Assembly (NCBI GenBank): GCA_036676985.1
Contig: JAKFBU010000067.1
Coordinates: 1 to 64,000, forward strand
DNA length: 64,000 nt
Source: Candidatus Sericytochromatia bacterium
GTDB lineage: Bacteria > Cyanobacteriota > Sericytochromatia > S15B-MN24 > UBA4093
Direction of reading: 5' to 3'
Shown here: positions 18,894-31,240 of the stretch, piece after piece
Layout of the letters: every line of letters starts with the position of its first letter
Numbering within the stretch: position 1 is the stretch's first letter
Translations under genes and position numbers: made by a program
The notes under the pieces: model-generated
Told to the model about the DNA's origin: nothing
Database searches by the model: none
What the model saw: the letters and a program-made list of their open reading frames with translations, nothing else

Positions 18894-18950
18894 GTACCCA
18901 ACCGACGCTTGGATGGTTTCGACGCAAACAAGACTTAATATGAAAGCTCG

Positions 18951-21173
18951 CTAGGGGGCCATCCGCTGGCTCCAGATACCGCTCGAACCCTGGATCCAGA
19001 GGGCGACGGCATCGGTGCCGAGCCCCGAGACGGCCGGCTGCTTGAGGTCCGGCCCGAGCATCACCGCAAAGGGGGCACCGGGCGCAGCCAGGTCCTTGTC
19101 GAGCACCTGGGCGAACACGCCGGGTGCGTCCGCACGCCCGTCCACCCAGCTCAGGAGGTAGCGCGCGCCGTCCCACGCGAGGCGCGGCGATCGCTCCTCC
19201 CCGTGTCCGGGGTGCGACGGGCCTAGGGACGCCGCGCTCCCGACGGGGGTGCCGCCGACGATGCGCCTGGCGAAGAGCTCAAGTCCGCCCGAGCGCGGCT
19301 CGGTCCACACGGCGAGCATGTGCCCCAGGCCCGCGGCGAGGCTCGGCGATCGCTGCGGGGCGACACCGGTGGCCACCGGCACGGCGGCCGAGCCCGCGGT
19401 GCCCGTGATGTCGACGAAGCGGGCCATGACATCGGAGTCGCTCCCGACGCCTTGCTGCCAGCCCACCCAGTAGGCGGACCCGTCCCATGCAGCCGTCGGT
19501 ACGCTCGCGTTGCTCGCCACAAGCGCCACGGGCTGGCCCATGCCCGCCGAGGCCAGCCGCGCGACGATGGCCCCGCTCGACTCCTGCCAGGCCACCAGGA
19601 CGTCTCCGCCGCGCGGCGCGAGGCACAACCCCTGGGCCCCGACCCGGTTGGCCGCGATCACCGTGGCGCCGCCCGCTGGGCTGCCATCGGCGTTCAAGGT
19701 CTGCACCTTGATCTGGCGCCCGGCCATGGGGCCGTCCGCGTAGGCGAGCCAGAATTTGCCGAGGCCGGCATCCCATGCGACCACCGGGCCCGGGTCGGCC
19801 AGGAAGGTGGCAGCCGGGGAGACGTCCTGTGGCGACCAGGGGGTGCCCGAGAGGCGCTGCCCCAGGATTCGGTACAGGCCGTCCGCCTGGTCGCTCCAGA
19901 AGGCGAGCGCGCCCGACGATCCGAGGGCGACCGAGGCCATGGTCCCGTTGCCGTGGGGGTAGGGCGCTCCCACCGTAGGGCTCACGAAGACCTGGGCGCT
20001 CGCCGAGAGGTCGCCGACCCCGATGAAGACGACCCCGCTGCCCGTCTCGCGGCCCTGCACCAGCCCCGAGGTGGCGCTGTCCAGGCTGAGCCGCGTGTCC
20101 GGCGAGGCCATCCACGTGGTCAAGGGCCCGTTGAGGGTAACGCCGACGCTGTCGGTGCCCTCGGCCGTGAAGCGCAAGGAGCCGTTGAGGGGCAGGACGA
20201 TCGGTCCCTTGGGGACCAGCGAGAGCTCGCGCAGGACCCGGAACTCGCCCGGGCTCGCGCCCGAGATGAGTCCGACCTTGACCACCACGCGGCCCGATTG
20301 GGCCCCTGCCGGGACGCGCGCCCGGATGAGCTGGTCGCTCTCGACGGTGAGTTCGCTCAGCCGGACGCCGTTGAGGTAGACCTCGACGGTGTTGCCGCCC
20401 GTGGTGCTCTTGCCGAAGTTGGCGCCCACGATCTCGAACTGGCTGCCCGGACCGCCCACCGACGGCCGGAGCTCGGAGACGGCGGGCGGCGTCAGCGAGA
20501 GGCCGATGGGCTCGATGGTCGTCACCTCGCCGGGCTTGACCTCCACGTCCGCGCGCTCGCCGCGCCCGAGCCCCTGATTGCTCGCCACCAGACGGAACCG
20601 TCCTGCCGGGACGTTGCTGATCCGGAAGTTGCCCTCCTCGTCGGTCTTGACCATGTAGCTGAGGCCCGGCGTGAAGACGTCCGTGCCCAGCAGGTTCAAT
20701 CCCCCGACCGAGGGCGTGATGACCCGGCCCGCAATGGTGCCCGTGGGCAGGAGGCGCATGTCGCCAACGTCCAGCATGACGCCCGTACGGACGGCGACCG
20801 AGAGCTTGACGGCCTTGCGATCCTCGCTCTGGACGGCTTCGAGGTTGACCTCACCCATGGGCGGATTGGCGAAGGCGAAGCGCCCGTCGCCGCCCGTGCG
20901 CACCTCGGTGGTGGCCTGGCCGTCGGCGGCCGCGATGCCGAAGGGGATGGCGTTGGTGAAGGGGATGGCGTTGGTGAAGAAGGCCCGGACCACGACGCCC
21001 GCCACGGGCTTGCCGCTCTGGTCCACGATGCGGCCCGCCAGGGGCGAGGACGTGCTGGACGGCCCGCCCCACGGCCAGGGACACCCGCCCAGCGCCAGCA
21101 GGGCGGCGAGGGCGAGGATCGAGAGCCACTTGGGGGTGGGCGCGGCGGTGAGGCGCATGCGGTGCCTTTCCAT
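18951..21173 (-). CDS. Large surface lipoprotein with carboxypeptidase-regulatory-like, IPT/TIG and repeat domains
   Basis: Lipobox LGGC, GRIVDQSGKPVAG, TDEEGNFRISNVPAG, IPT-like GGPGSQFEIVGANFG, repeated AWDG units. Confidence 0.85.
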   Translation of the reverse strand: MERHRMRLTAAPTPKWLSILALAALLALGGCPWPWGGPSSTSSPLAGRIVDQSGKPVAGVVVRAFFTNAIPFTNAIPFGIAAADGQATTEVRTGGDGRFAFANPPMGEVNLEAVQSEDRKAVKLSVAVRTGVMLDVGDMRLLPTGTIAGRVITPSVGGLNLLGTDVFTPGLSYMVKTDEEGNFRISNVPAGRFRLVASNQGLGRGERADVEVKPGEVTTIEPIGLSLTPPAVSELRPSVGGPGSQFEIVGANFGKSTTGGNTVEVYLNGVRLSELTVESDQLIRARVPAGAQSGRVVVKVGLISGASPGEFRVLRELSLVPKGPIVLPLNGSLRFTAEGTDSVGVTLNGPLTTWMASPDTRLSLDSATSGLVQGRETGSGVVFIGVGDLSASAQVFVSPTVGAPYPHGNGTMASVALGSSGALAFWSDQADGLYRILGQRLSGTPWSPQDVSPAATFLADPGPVVAWDAGLGKFWLAYADGPMAGRQIKVQTLNADGSPAGGATVIAANRVGAQGLCLAPRGGDVLVAWQESSGAIVARLASAGMGQPVALVASNASVPTAAWDGSAYWVGWQQGVGSDSDVMARFVDITGTAGSAAVPVATGVAPQRSPSLAAGLGHMLAVWTEPRSGGLELFARRIVGGTPVGSAASLGPSHPGHGEERSPRLAWDGARYLLSWVDGRADAPGVFAQVLDKDLAAPGAPFAVMLGPDLKQPAVSGLGTDAVALWIQGSSGIWSQRMAP
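20940..20979. repeat. Perfect 18-bp tandem repeat (2.2 copies) encoding FTNAIP-FTNAIP-F
   Basis: GAAGGGGATGGCGTTGGT twice followed by GAAG. Confidence 0.9.
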
Positions 21174-21245
21174 AGGGCCTGGCTGCTTGCTCGATGATAG
21201 TCAAACGACGCCCGTCAGGCGTTGTCGGGCTTGGCCAAAGTCCTT

Positions 21246-24200
21246 CTAGCCGTCGGGTCCTCCCGCGGGATCCGGGGGGGACCAGAGCAGGCTTTCGCGC
21301 TCGTGCCGGACGCCGAGCGTCGTGAAGAGGGCATCGGCCGCGCGGGCGGCGTCCGCGGCCGCCTCGAACCGCCCCTCGGCGCGCAAGAGCCGGCTGTCCA
21401 GGGCATGCTGCCTTGCCGTCTCGAGGGGTGCCGAGCGATCGGCGAGCTGCCCGGCCGCACGGTCCATCCAGAGGCGCGCCTGGGCGAGGTTGCCCACCTC
21501 GAGGGCCATCTGGGCTTGGGCGCGTGCCACCGATGCCTGACGCACCTGGTCTCCCAGCCGCCGAGCGGCCTGCATGGCCTCGGTTAGCCAGCGCTGGGCC
21601 TCGGGGTAGCGGCGCGCGGCGAGCTCCACCTGCCCCAAGGCCTCGCAGGCCTCGGCCACGAGCTCGGCTTCTCCGAGGGTCAAGAGCTCCGAGAGCCCTT
21701 CGCCGAGGGAGTGGCGGGCCTCCTCGAGCTCCCCGCGCCGGCGCAGCGTCTCGCCCAGAGCGCAGAGGGAGGCCGCGACGCCGAAGCGATCGCCCAGGTT
21801 GCGCCTGGCCTGCAACGCGTCCCGGTGGAAGCGCTCGGCCGCCTTGAGGTCGCCCCGGCGGGTGCACAGGTCGCCCAGGTTGTTGTGCACGGTGGCGACG
21901 TGGCCGCGATCGCCGATCCGCTGGTACAGCGCGAGGCTGCGCTCGTAGTGGACGAAGGCCTCCTCCCACTGACCGAGCTCGGCCTCGACCATGCCGAGGT
22001 TGTTGAGCGACGAGGCGATGCCGGGCAGGTGCCCGGAGGCCTCGCGGTACGTGAGCGCCTCCTGGTGGGCCTCCTTGGCTTCTAGCCAGCGCCCGGCGCG
22101 GTAGGCCGCGATGCCCAGGATGCTGTGCGCGCGGGCCCGCTCCAGGCCTTCGGCCAGTAACTCCAGCGCCTCTCGGCAGAGGGACTCCGCGCCCGCGAGG
22201 TCGCCTGCCCGCACCAGGAGCCACGCTCGGTCCACCGCGAGGCCGCCGTGCATGCCAGGCTGGGTCGAGGCCGCGGCGGCCGTCTGGTAGCAAGTGCGCG
22301 CGCCCGTGAAGTCCCCTTGTCGCTCGTGGATGAGGCCCTTGGCCCGCCAGAGCTCGCCCGCGAGCGCTTCGTCGGGCGTGTCGAGGCCGCGCTCGAGCTG
22401 GATGAGCGCCCCTGGGTAATCGCCGAGCAGGCTCAGGGTCATGGCGAGCTTGAGCCGCACGCCCGCCGTCTCGGAAGGAGGCGCCAGCGCGGGCTCCCGT
22501 TCAAGGATCTCGAGGGCCTGCTGCCAGAGATGGACGGCCTCCTGGTTGGCGAACGCGAGGCGCGCCCGCTCCGCGGACTGGACCAGGTAGCCGAGCGCTC
22601 GCTCGGGGGCCTCGGCGATCACGAAGTGGCGCGCGAGGTCGGGAGCGAGGCCCGCGTGGCCGCCGCTCTTGGCCTCCAGGGCCTCGGCCACCCGGCGGTG
22701 GAGCTCGCGGCGCTTGCGCAGGAGGATGCCGTCGTAGACCACCTCGTGGACGATGGCCTGGGTGAAGGCATGACCGTCCGGATCCGACGGGCGCACCAGG
22801 TCGCGCTCGCCCAAGGAGAGCAGGATGGCATGGGGATCGGGTTGGCCCAGGAGCGCGGCCACCACCTCGGGATCGAAGGTCCGGCCCATGACGGCCGCAA
22901 GCTCCAGGAACTCGCGCTCGGTGGGCAGGAGGCGGTCCAGCCGGGAGGCGACGAGTCCCTTCAGGGACGGCGTGAGGACCTCGCTCGCCCCTTCGAGCTG
23001 GGCGCGGACCAGCTCGCGCAGGACCATGGGGTTGCCCTCGGAGCGCCGGACGAGGGCCGCGATCGTCCCGGCGTCCCGGGCCGGGCCGTGGCTGTAGAGC
23101 ACCTCGGCAAGCCGCCAGGTGTCGTCGGGGCTCAGGGGACGCACCGTGGTGAGCGCCCGGTCCAGGCCCGACCGGGCCCTGGCCTCGGGCAAGGGGGCGC
23201 CGGGACGGGCCTGGGCGAGCACGAGCAGGGGCAGCTGCTCACCGGCCAGGCGCTCCGCGAGGGCTTCGAGCCAGCGCTGGCTCGAGGCATCCGCCCAGTG
23301 CAGGTCCTCGATCACGAGCAAGGACGGTCGGCTTTGGGCCTGGGCGCAGAAGGCCTGGACGGAGGAGGCGATCGCGGCCTCGATGCGCTGAGCGTCCGAG
23401 GCGCCCTTGAGGGCGTGGTGATCGACGCCGAGCAAGAGGGACACGAGGTCCGTCTCTTCGGGATCCGGCCAGCCGAGCTCCTGGAGCTTGCGCCTGAGAG
23501 CCCGGCTCACGTCCTCGGGGTCCGCGTGGCGGGGCATGCCCGTCCATGCATGCAACCACTGGGCCGTCAGGTCGAAGGCCCGCTCTTGCTGGTAGGAGAC
23601 GCCGCGCAGGGCGATGACGGGCACCTCGGGTGCTAGCCCGCGCCGGAACTCGTCGACGATCTGGGTCTTGCCGATGCCGGCCTCGCCCATGAGCGTGATC
23701 CAGTGGGGCCGTCCGTCCTGCACCCGGGCCCAAGCCTCGGAGAGGGCCTCGACCTCGCGCTCGCGCCCGATGGTCCGGTTGGGCAGCACCCGCACCGGGC
23801 CCGCCTCGTGGGCGCCCGTCACCTCGTAGGCCTGCACCGGCTGCGCCTTGCCCTTGACCTGCAAGGGGCTGAGGGCCTTGTAGGCGAAGCGATGGGCCGT
23901 GAGGCGGTAGGTCTCCTGGCTGACGAGGATGCTGTCGGGGCGCGCGGCGGCCTCCATGCGCTGGGCGAGGTTGACGGTGTCGCCCATGACCGTGTAGTCG
24001 CGCTTTTGGTCGCCGCCCATCTCGCCCGCGACGACCAGTCCCGTGTTGAGGCCGATGCGCAGCTTGAGGGAGAGCCCGGTGCGGGCCTGGAGGTCCCGCG
24101 CGAACGAGCGAGCCGCGGCCTGCATCGCGAGGGCGGCGAGCACGGCCCGCTCGGGGTCGTCCTCATGGGCGACCGGAGCCCCGAAGAGGGCCATGACGGC

Positions 24201-24464
24201 GTCGCCGATGTACTTGTCGACCACGCCCCCGTACCGGTAGACCGGCGTGGTGAGGGCCTGGAAGCACTGGTTGACGATCTCGGCCACGGCCTCGGGGTCC
24301 AGCTGCTCGCTCATGGCCGTGAAGCCCGAGACGTCGGCGAAGAGGACGGTGACCACCCGGCGATCGCCGCGCGGGGAGGCTGCGCCCGCGATCCGGGCGC
24401 CGCAGCGGCTGCAGAAGTTGGCCTCGCGGTCGACGGGTTTGAGGCAGGCGGTGCAGGTCGTCAT
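21246..24464 (-). CDS. Zinc ribbon + class III adenylate cyclase + AAA/STAND ATPase + TPR protein
   Basis: CTAC/CSRC; VLFADVSGFT, DKYIGDA, GDTVNLAQR; Walker A GEAGIGKT, Walker B VIEDLHWAD; TPRs with SLNNLG. Confidence 0.92.
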   Translation of the reverse strand: MTTCTACLKPVDREANFCSRCGARIAGAASPRGDRRVVTVLFADVSGFTAMSEQLDPEAVAEIVNQCFQALTTPVYRYGGVVDKYIGDAVMALFGAPVAHEDDPERAVLAALAMQAAARSFARDLQARTGLSLKLRIGLNTGLVVAGEMGGDQKRDYTVMGDTVNLAQRMEAAARPDSILVSQETYRLTAHRFAYKALSPLQVKGKAQPVQAYEVTGAHEAGPVRVLPNRTIGREREVEALSEAWARVQDGRPHWITLMGEAGIGKTQIVDEFRRGLAPEVPVIALRGVSYQQERAFDLTAQWLHAWTGMPRHADPEDVSRALRRKLQELGWPDPEETDLVSLLLGVDHHALKGASDAQRIEAAIASSVQAFCAQAQSRPSLLVIEDLHWADASSQRWLEALAERLAGEQLPLLVLAQARPGAPLPEARARSGLDRALTTVRPLSPDDTWRLAEVLYSHGPARDAGTIAALVRRSEGNPMVLRELVRAQLEGASEVLTPSLKGLVASRLDRLLPTEREFLELAAVMGRTFDPEVVAALLGQPDPHAILLSLGERDLVRPSDPDGHAFTQAIVHEVVYDGILLRKRRELHRRVAEALEAKSGGHAGLAPDLARHFVIAEAPERALGYLVQSAERARLAFANQEAVHLWQQALEILEREPALAPPSETAGVRLKLAMTLSLLGDYPGALIQLERGLDTPDEALAGELWRAKGLIHERQGDFTGARTCYQTAAAASTQPGMHGGLAVDRAWLLVRAGDLAGAESLCREALELLAEGLERARAHSILGIAAYRAGRWLEAKEAHQEALTYREASGHLPGIASSLNNLGMVEAELGQWEEAFVHYERSLALYQRIGDRGHVATVHNNLGDLCTRRGDLKAAERFHRDALQARRNLGDRFGVAASLCALGETLRRRGELEEARHSLGEGLSELLTLGEAELVAEACEALGQVELAARRYPEAQRWLTEAMQAARRLGDQVRQASVARAQAQMALEVGNLAQARLWMDRAAGQLADRSAPLETARQHALDSRLLRAEGRFEAAADAARAADALFTTLGVRHERESLLWSPPDPAGGPDG

Positions 24465-24628
24465 GGCGGCCTCCGGGCGGGAACCATGTCCACCATACGA
24501 GCGAGCGTCTGGGATGACTAGCGGACGATGGCCAAGCTTTTTCGCAGTGCGTCCGGACCGGGAGCGGCCCGGGCTCGGGAGGTATAATGGGGGCTCGATA
24601 GGCCTCGTCTGGCTGGAAAGGACCGACC

Positions 24629-25066
24629 ATGTCCCCCCTCGAACCCTCGCCAACCGCTGTCCGCCGGGTCTTCCTCGTCGGAGGCGCCTTGCTGGGCTTC
24701 TTCCTGGCGACGCTCCTGGCCTTGATCTTCCTGACCGGGCCCAAGTACGAGGCGCCTTCGGGCCTGCGCGCGCCCTCGGGCTACGTCGAGGAGGAGTTCG
24801 CCCGCCGCATGGAGAAGGGGGGCCATGAGGTCGCGTACTTCTCGGGCGGGCAGGTGAGCGTGCTGGTGTCGGAAAAGGAGTGGGCGGAGCTCGGCGAGCA
24901 GGGCCGGTTCGCGCGACACCGCTTCCTCGCGGACGCCAAGTCGGCCCTGGTGGCCGTCCAACGCGAACGTGGGGACAAGACCCTCTACGTCATGTCCGTG
25001 AAGAGCGCCGATGACCGCCGCCTGCTCGCCGAGGAGACGGACTTCAACCCCAAGTTCTATGACTAG
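24629..25066 (+). CDS. Hypothetical protein with N-terminal TM helix
   Basis: SD AAGGA, one hydrophobic segment, operonic with the ABC genes. Confidence 0.7.
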   Translation: MSPLEPSPTAVRRVFLVGGALLGFFLATLLALIFLTGPKYEAPSGLRAPSGYVEEEFARRMEKGGHEVAYFSGGQVSVLVSEKEWAELGEQGRFARHRFLADAKSALVAVQRERGDKTLYVMSVKSADDRRLLAEETDFNPKFYD

Positions 25067-25067
25067 C

Positions 25068-25805
25068 ATGACGCCCGCCATCCGGCTCGACGGCCTGGTG
25101 AAGCGCTACGGCTCCCTGCGCGCCGTGGACGGCCTCTCCTTGACCATCGAGTCCGGCGAGTTCTTCGGCCTCCTGGGCCCGAACGGCGCCGGCAAAACCA
25201 CCACCATCAACTGCATCGTCGGCCTGAGCACGATCCAGGGGGGCAAGGTCGAGGTCTGCGGCCACGACGTGGTCAAGGACTACCGGGCGGCGCGCCGCTG
25301 CATCGGCCTGTCGCCGCAGGAGTTCAACTTCGATCGGTACCTGACCATCCGGGAGGTGCTCCTCTACACGGCGGGCTACTTCGGCATCCCGACCAAGGTG
25401 GCCGCGACGCGGGCGGACGAGCTCCTGAAGCGCTTCGATCTCTACGGCAAGAAAGACCAGAGCTTTACCAAGCTCTCGGGCGGCATGAAGCGTCGCCTGA
25501 GCCTCGCGCGGGCGCTCATCTACGAGCCCCGGGTGCTGATCCTGGACGAGCCGACGGCAGGCGTGGACGTGGAGCTAAGGCTCGAGCTATGGGACCTCAT
25601 GCGCGAGCTGAACAGCCAGGGCATCACCATCGTGCTCACGACCCACTACCTGGAGGAGGCCCAGCGCCTCTGCAAGCGGATCGGGATCATCAACCACGGG
25701 CGCCTCATCACGCTGGAGCCCACCGAGACGCTCATGGCCAAGTACGGGGAAGGCAAGAGCCTGCAGGACATCTTCCTGGAGCTTACGGGGCGCGCCAATG
25801 GTTAA
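25068..25805 (+). CDS. ABC transporter ATP-binding protein (YadG-like)
   Basis: GPNGAGKTT, LSGGM, ILDEPTAG. Confidence 0.95.
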   Translation: MTPAIRLDGLVKRYGSLRAVDGLSLTIESGEFFGLLGPNGAGKTTTINCIVGLSTIQGGKVEVCGHDVVKDYRAARRCIGLSPQEFNFDRYLTIREVLLYTAGYFGIPTKVAATRADELLKRFDLYGKKDQSFTKLSGGMKRRLSLARALIYEPRVLILDEPTAGVDVELRLELWDLMRELNSQGITIVLTTHYLEEAQRLCKRIGIINHGRLITLEPTETLMAKYGEGKSLQDIFLELTGRANG

Positions 25806-26562
25806 CTGGATCGGGCTGTGGACGCTCATCAAGCGCGAGTTCAAGCGCCTGATGATGATCATCAACCAGGCGCTCTGGCCGCCGATGATCTCGACGCTGC
25901 TGTACTTCTTCATCTTCGGGCTGGGGCTGGGCAGCCGGATCCAGACGGTGGACGGCGTGCCCTACCTGGTCTTTCTGGTGCCGGGGCTCGTGGCCATGAA
26001 CGTCATCGAGACCTCGTACTCGGAGACCTCGGCGTCCTTGTTCAACACGCGCTTCACCAACAGCATCCAGGAGGTGCTGGTGGCGCCCTTGTCCTACGTG
26101 GAGATGGTGCTCGGCTTCGTGTTCGGGGCCATGGTGCGGGCGTTGCTCATCGGGAACCTGCTCATGGGCATCGGCTGGCTCGTGACGGGGGCGCATCCGA
26201 CGAACTGGCTCTTGTACCTGACGATGATCACGGTGGTGTCGGCGGGCTTCGCGGGGCTGGGGCTGATCCTGGGGCTGGCCGCGGAGACCTGGGACAACCT
26301 GGCCATCCCGATGACGTTCTTCATCACGCCCCTGGTGTTCTTCGGGGGGGTGTTCACGTCGATCCACTTCCTGCCGGAGCAGGTGCAGCCGTTCGTGAAG
26401 CTGAACCCGTTGTTCTACCTCATCGACGGCTTCCGGGCGTCCATGACCGGGCGGTTCGAGGCGTCGTTGGGGGCAGACCTGGCGGTGACGTTCGGGCTGG
26501 CGGCCGTGACGCTGGTGACGGCGGTGACGCTGTTCCGGCGGGGGTACAAGCTGCGGACTTAA
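25798..26562 (+). CDS. ABC-2 permease (YadH-like)
   Basis: VPYLVFLVPGL, ITPLVFFGGVF, LNPLFYLIDGFR. Confidence 0.92.
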   Translation: MVNWIGLWTLIKREFKRLMMIINQALWPPMISTLLYFFIFGLGLGSRIQTVDGVPYLVFLVPGLVAMNVIETSYSETSASLFNTRFTNSIQEVLVAPLSYVEMVLGFVFGAMVRALLIGNLLMGIGWLVTGAHPTNWLLYLTMITVVSAGFAGLGLILGLAAETWDNLAIPMTFFITPLVFFGGVFTSIHFLPEQVQPFVKLNPLFYLIDGFRASMTGRFEASLGADLAVTFGLAAVTLVTAVTLFRRGYKLRT

Positions 26563-26602
26563 GGGGGCGGGAGTCTCACGAGTCCCGACGGATCTGCCCC
26601 CC

Positions 26603-26718
26603 CATCCCCCCCTGCTAGGGGGGGCATTCGGCCCCCTAGCGGGGGCAAATTGAAAGTGGAAAGCTTTCGTCCGCCTGCGAAGCAGGCCACAAAAAGCCCC
26701 CCCTAGCAGGGGGGGATG
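26603..26718. repeat. Perfect 23-bp inverted repeat bounding a MITE/REP-like element
   Basis: CATCCCCCCCTGCTAGGGGGGGC (26603-26625) and GCCCCCCCTAGCAGGGGGGGATG (26696-26718). Confidence 0.85.
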
Positions 26719-26742
26719 AGGGGGTGGAACGAGCCGCGCCCC

Positions 26743-27288
26743 CTAGAGCGCCACACGCTCCGTCTCCTCTTCCGACGGCTCGTCCGGCAACGGATCCAGC
26801 GCGAAGGTCCCCACGATGCGCTCGAGGTCCTTCCGCACGCTCGCAAACGTCTTCTGGTCCGCGCTGCAGTTGATGGCGTAGCCCGTCCCGCCGCGCACCA
26901 CGAAGTATTCCAGCGTCGAGAAGCTGATCTTGCCCATGCGCCCCGAGAACACGTACCAGGTCGCGGGCGAGCCCGCGACCGTCGTCGTCCCCTGCTCCTG
27001 CGACCGGAAGTCCGAGAACATCTCCTCGAACGCCGCCATGCCGAGCTGCCCGTAGGACTCTGAGGTCGCTCCCAACCCGAGCAGGTCCGTGCACACGTTC
27101 ACCCGCGCCTGCGTCCGGGGATCATAGGCGAAGACCAGCGTGCCCGCGAAGTTCTCGCGCACTAGCCAGCCCACCGGAAAGTCGATGGTAAAGCCCTGCT
27201 CCGGATGGTAGTACCGCGTGCCGTCGGCCATGGCCGGAGCCGCCAGAACCAAGGTAATCGCGAGCCCGAGGCCCAACTCCTGGCGCAT
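26743..27288 (-). CDS. Secreted PsbP/DcrB-like protein
   Basis: Signal peptide ending AMA, GFTIDFPVGW, TTVAG.PA, IVGTF. Confidence 0.7.
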   Translation of the reverse strand: MRQELGLGLAITLVLAAPAMADGTRYYHPEQGFTIDFPVGWLVRENFAGTLVFAYDPRTQARVNVCTDLLGLGATSESYGQLGMAAFEEMFSDFRSQEQGTTTVAGSPATWYVFSGRMGKISFSTLEYFVVRGGTGYAINCSADQKTFASVRKDLERIVGTFALDPLPDEPSEEETERVAL

Positions 27289-27359
27289 GCCGGCTCCTTT
27301 CGCACATGAAGACCCCCGAACCGAGGGTTCGGGAGTCTCGTACCCCGCGAGGAGACGGG

Positions 27360-27788
27360 CTATGCGTGGCCGCGCTGGCAGAGCTCCAAGAGCACGCCAT
27401 GCGTGCTCTTGGGATGCACGAAGGCGATGAGTGCCCCGCCCGCGCCCACGCGCGGCTTCTCGTCGATGAGCTGGCAGCCCCGCGCCTTGAGGTGCTCCAA
27501 GGCCGCCGCCACGTCCTGCACGCCGAGGGCCACGTGGTGGATGCCCTCGCCCCGCTTCTCGAGGAACTTGGCGATGGGGCTCTCGGGACTGGTGGGCTCC
27601 AGGAGCTCCAGACGGCTCTCGCCGACCATGAAGATGGCCGTGCGGACCTTCTGGTCCTCGACCTCCTCGGTCTCGTGGATGGGCAGCGTGAGCGTGTCCG
27701 TGTAGAGCGGCAAGGCCGCCTCCAGGCTCTTCACGGCGATGCCCAGGTGATCGATCTTGCCGATGGCCAACAGAGTGGGGTCGATCAT
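27360..27788 (-). CDS. mce: Methylmalonyl-CoA epimerase
   Basis: [36 protein letters not shown]. Confidence 0.93.
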   Translation of the reverse strand: MIDPTLLAIGKIDHLGIAVKSLEAALPLYTDTLTLPIHETEEVEDQKVRTAIFMVGESRLELLEPTSPESPIAKFLEKRGEGIHHVALGVQDVAAALEHLKARGCQLIDEKPRVGAGGALIAFVHPKSTHGVLLELCQRGHA

Positions 27789-27789
27789 G

Positions 27790-29475
<1,686 letters not shown>

Positions 29476-29476
29476 C

Positions 29477-31240
29477 TTACTTCACCACTGCGAGCACCTG
29501 ACCGCCTTCGACGGTCTGGCCCGGCTTCACATGCAGCTCGACCACCGTGCCCGCCACCGAGCTCGGGATCTCCGTCTCCATCTTCATGGCCTCGAGCACC
29601 ACCAGGGGCTGGCCCGCCTCGACCGTCTGGCCGAGCTCCACCAGCACCCGCGAGACCGTCGCGTGCATGGGGGCCGTGAGCGAGCCGCTCGCCGCAGCCC
29701 CCGATCCGGCCTTGCCGGTGCTGCCGGGGCGCTTGGGCTTGACGGCCGTCAGCATCTGCTGGCCGCCGATCTCGCTGACGGTCACGGCGAACAGCTCCTG
29801 GTTCACGACCACCTCGAAGAGGCGCTCCGCCCCGCGGGCGCGCGGCTCGTCACCCGGAGGAACGGGCAGAGCTGCGGCAGGCGCGGGGGCGGCCAGCTGG
29901 GCGAGGTCCGCCTTGGTCAGATCCTGGCCGATGAAGTGGGTCGAGAGGTCGCCCGACACGAAGGCCGGGTGATCCAAGAGGGCCAGGTGCAGGGGGATGG
30001 TGGTGGGCACGCCTTCCACGACCATCTCCTTGAGGGAGCGCTTCATGCGGGCGATCGCCTCGGCGCGGTCCTTGCCCCAGGTGACGACCTTGGCGATCAT
30101 CGAGTCGTATTGATCGGGGATGCGGTAGCCCGAGTAGGCGGCGTCGTCGATGCGCACGCCGGGGCCGCCCGGCCGCCGGTAGCGGGTGATGAGCCCGGGC
30201 GAAGGCCAGAAGTTCTGGCTGGGGTCCTCGGCGTTGACCCGGCACTCGATGGACCAGCCGCGCGGGGCGCGGGGCACCAGGAGCTCGGGGGCCATGGGCT
30301 CGCCCGCCGCGATCCGGATCTGCTCCTTGACCAGATCCACGTCGTAGACCATCTCCGTGACGGTGTGCTCGACCTGGATGCGGGTGTTCATCTCGAGGAA
30401 GTAGAACGCGCCGTCCTGGAACAGGAACTCGCAGGTGCCCGCGCTGTCGTAGCCGACGGCCCGGGCCATGCGCACGGCGGCCTCCTGCATGGCCTCGCGC
30501 AATTCGGGCGTGAGGGCCACCGAGGGGCACTCTTCGATGAGCTTCTGGTGGCGGCGCTGGATGGAGCACTCGCGCTCGCCGAGGGCCACGCAGTTACCGT
30601 GCCGGTCCGCCAGCACCTGGATCTCGATGTGCCGCGGCTTGCCAAGGTAGCGCTCGATGAACACCTCACCCGAGCCGAAGTAGGCCTCGCCCTCGCGGAT
30701 GCCCTTGGCGATCGCGGCCTCGAACTCCTCGGCACAGGTCACCACCTGCATGCCGCGCCCGCCGCCGCCCGCTGCCGCCTTGATGACGCAGGGGTAGCCG
30801 TGCTGGTCCGCGAAGGCGATGGCGACCGAGGCCTCCGTCAGGGCCTCGGTGATGCCGGGGACGACGGGCACGCCCGCGTCGGCGGCCATGCGTCGGGCGA
30901 CCGTCTTGGAGCCCATGAGGGCGACGGCCTCGGGGTTGGGGCCGATCCAGGTGATGCCGCGCGCCGCGCAGTCCCGCGCGAAGTCCGCGTTCTCGGCCAA
31001 AAAGCCGTAGCCCGGATGGATGGCGTCCGCTCCGGCGCGCTCGGCGATGGCGAACAGGGTGGGCGTCGAAAGGTACGTGTCGGAGCCGAGGCTGTAGGCC
31101 TGGTCGGCGAGCTGGACGTGGCGTCCCTCGCGGTCGGCCTCGGTGTAGACCGCCACGGTGGGGATCCCCATCTCCTGGCAGGCGCGGATGATGCGGACGG
31201 CGATCTCGCCTCGGTTGGCGATGAGCACTTTCGAAAACAT
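29477..31240 (-). CDS. Acyl-CoA (propionyl-CoA) carboxylase biotin carboxylase + biotin carrier subunit
   Basis: [44 protein letters not shown]. Confidence 0.93.
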   Translation of the reverse strand: MFSKVLIANRGEIAVRIIRACQEMGIPTVAVYTEADREGRHVQLADQAYSLGSDTYLSTPTLFAIAERAGADAIHPGYGFLAENADFARDCAARGITWIGPNPEAVALMGSKTVARRMAADAGVPVVPGITEALTEASVAIAFADQHGYPCVIKAAAGGGGRGMQVVTCAEEFEAAIAKGIREGEAYFGSGEVFIERYLGKPRHIEIQVLADRHGNCVALGERECSIQRRHQKLIEECPSVALTPELREAMQEAAVRMARAVGYDSAGTCEFLFQDGAFYFLEMNTRIQVEHTVTEMVYDVDLVKEQIRIAAGEPMAPELLVPRAPRGWSIECRVNAEDPSQNFWPSPGLITRYRRPGGPGVRIDDAAYSGYRIPDQYDSMIAKVVTWGKDRAEAIARMKRSLKEMVVEGVPTTIPLHLALLDHPAFVSGDLSTHFIGQDLTKADLAQLAAPAPAAALPVPPGDEPRARGAERLFEVVVNQELFAVTVSEIGGQQMLTAVKPKRPGSTGKAGSGAAASGSLTAPMHATVSRVLVELGQTVEAGQPLVVLEAMKMETEIPSSVAGTVVELHVKPGQTVEGGQVLAVVK

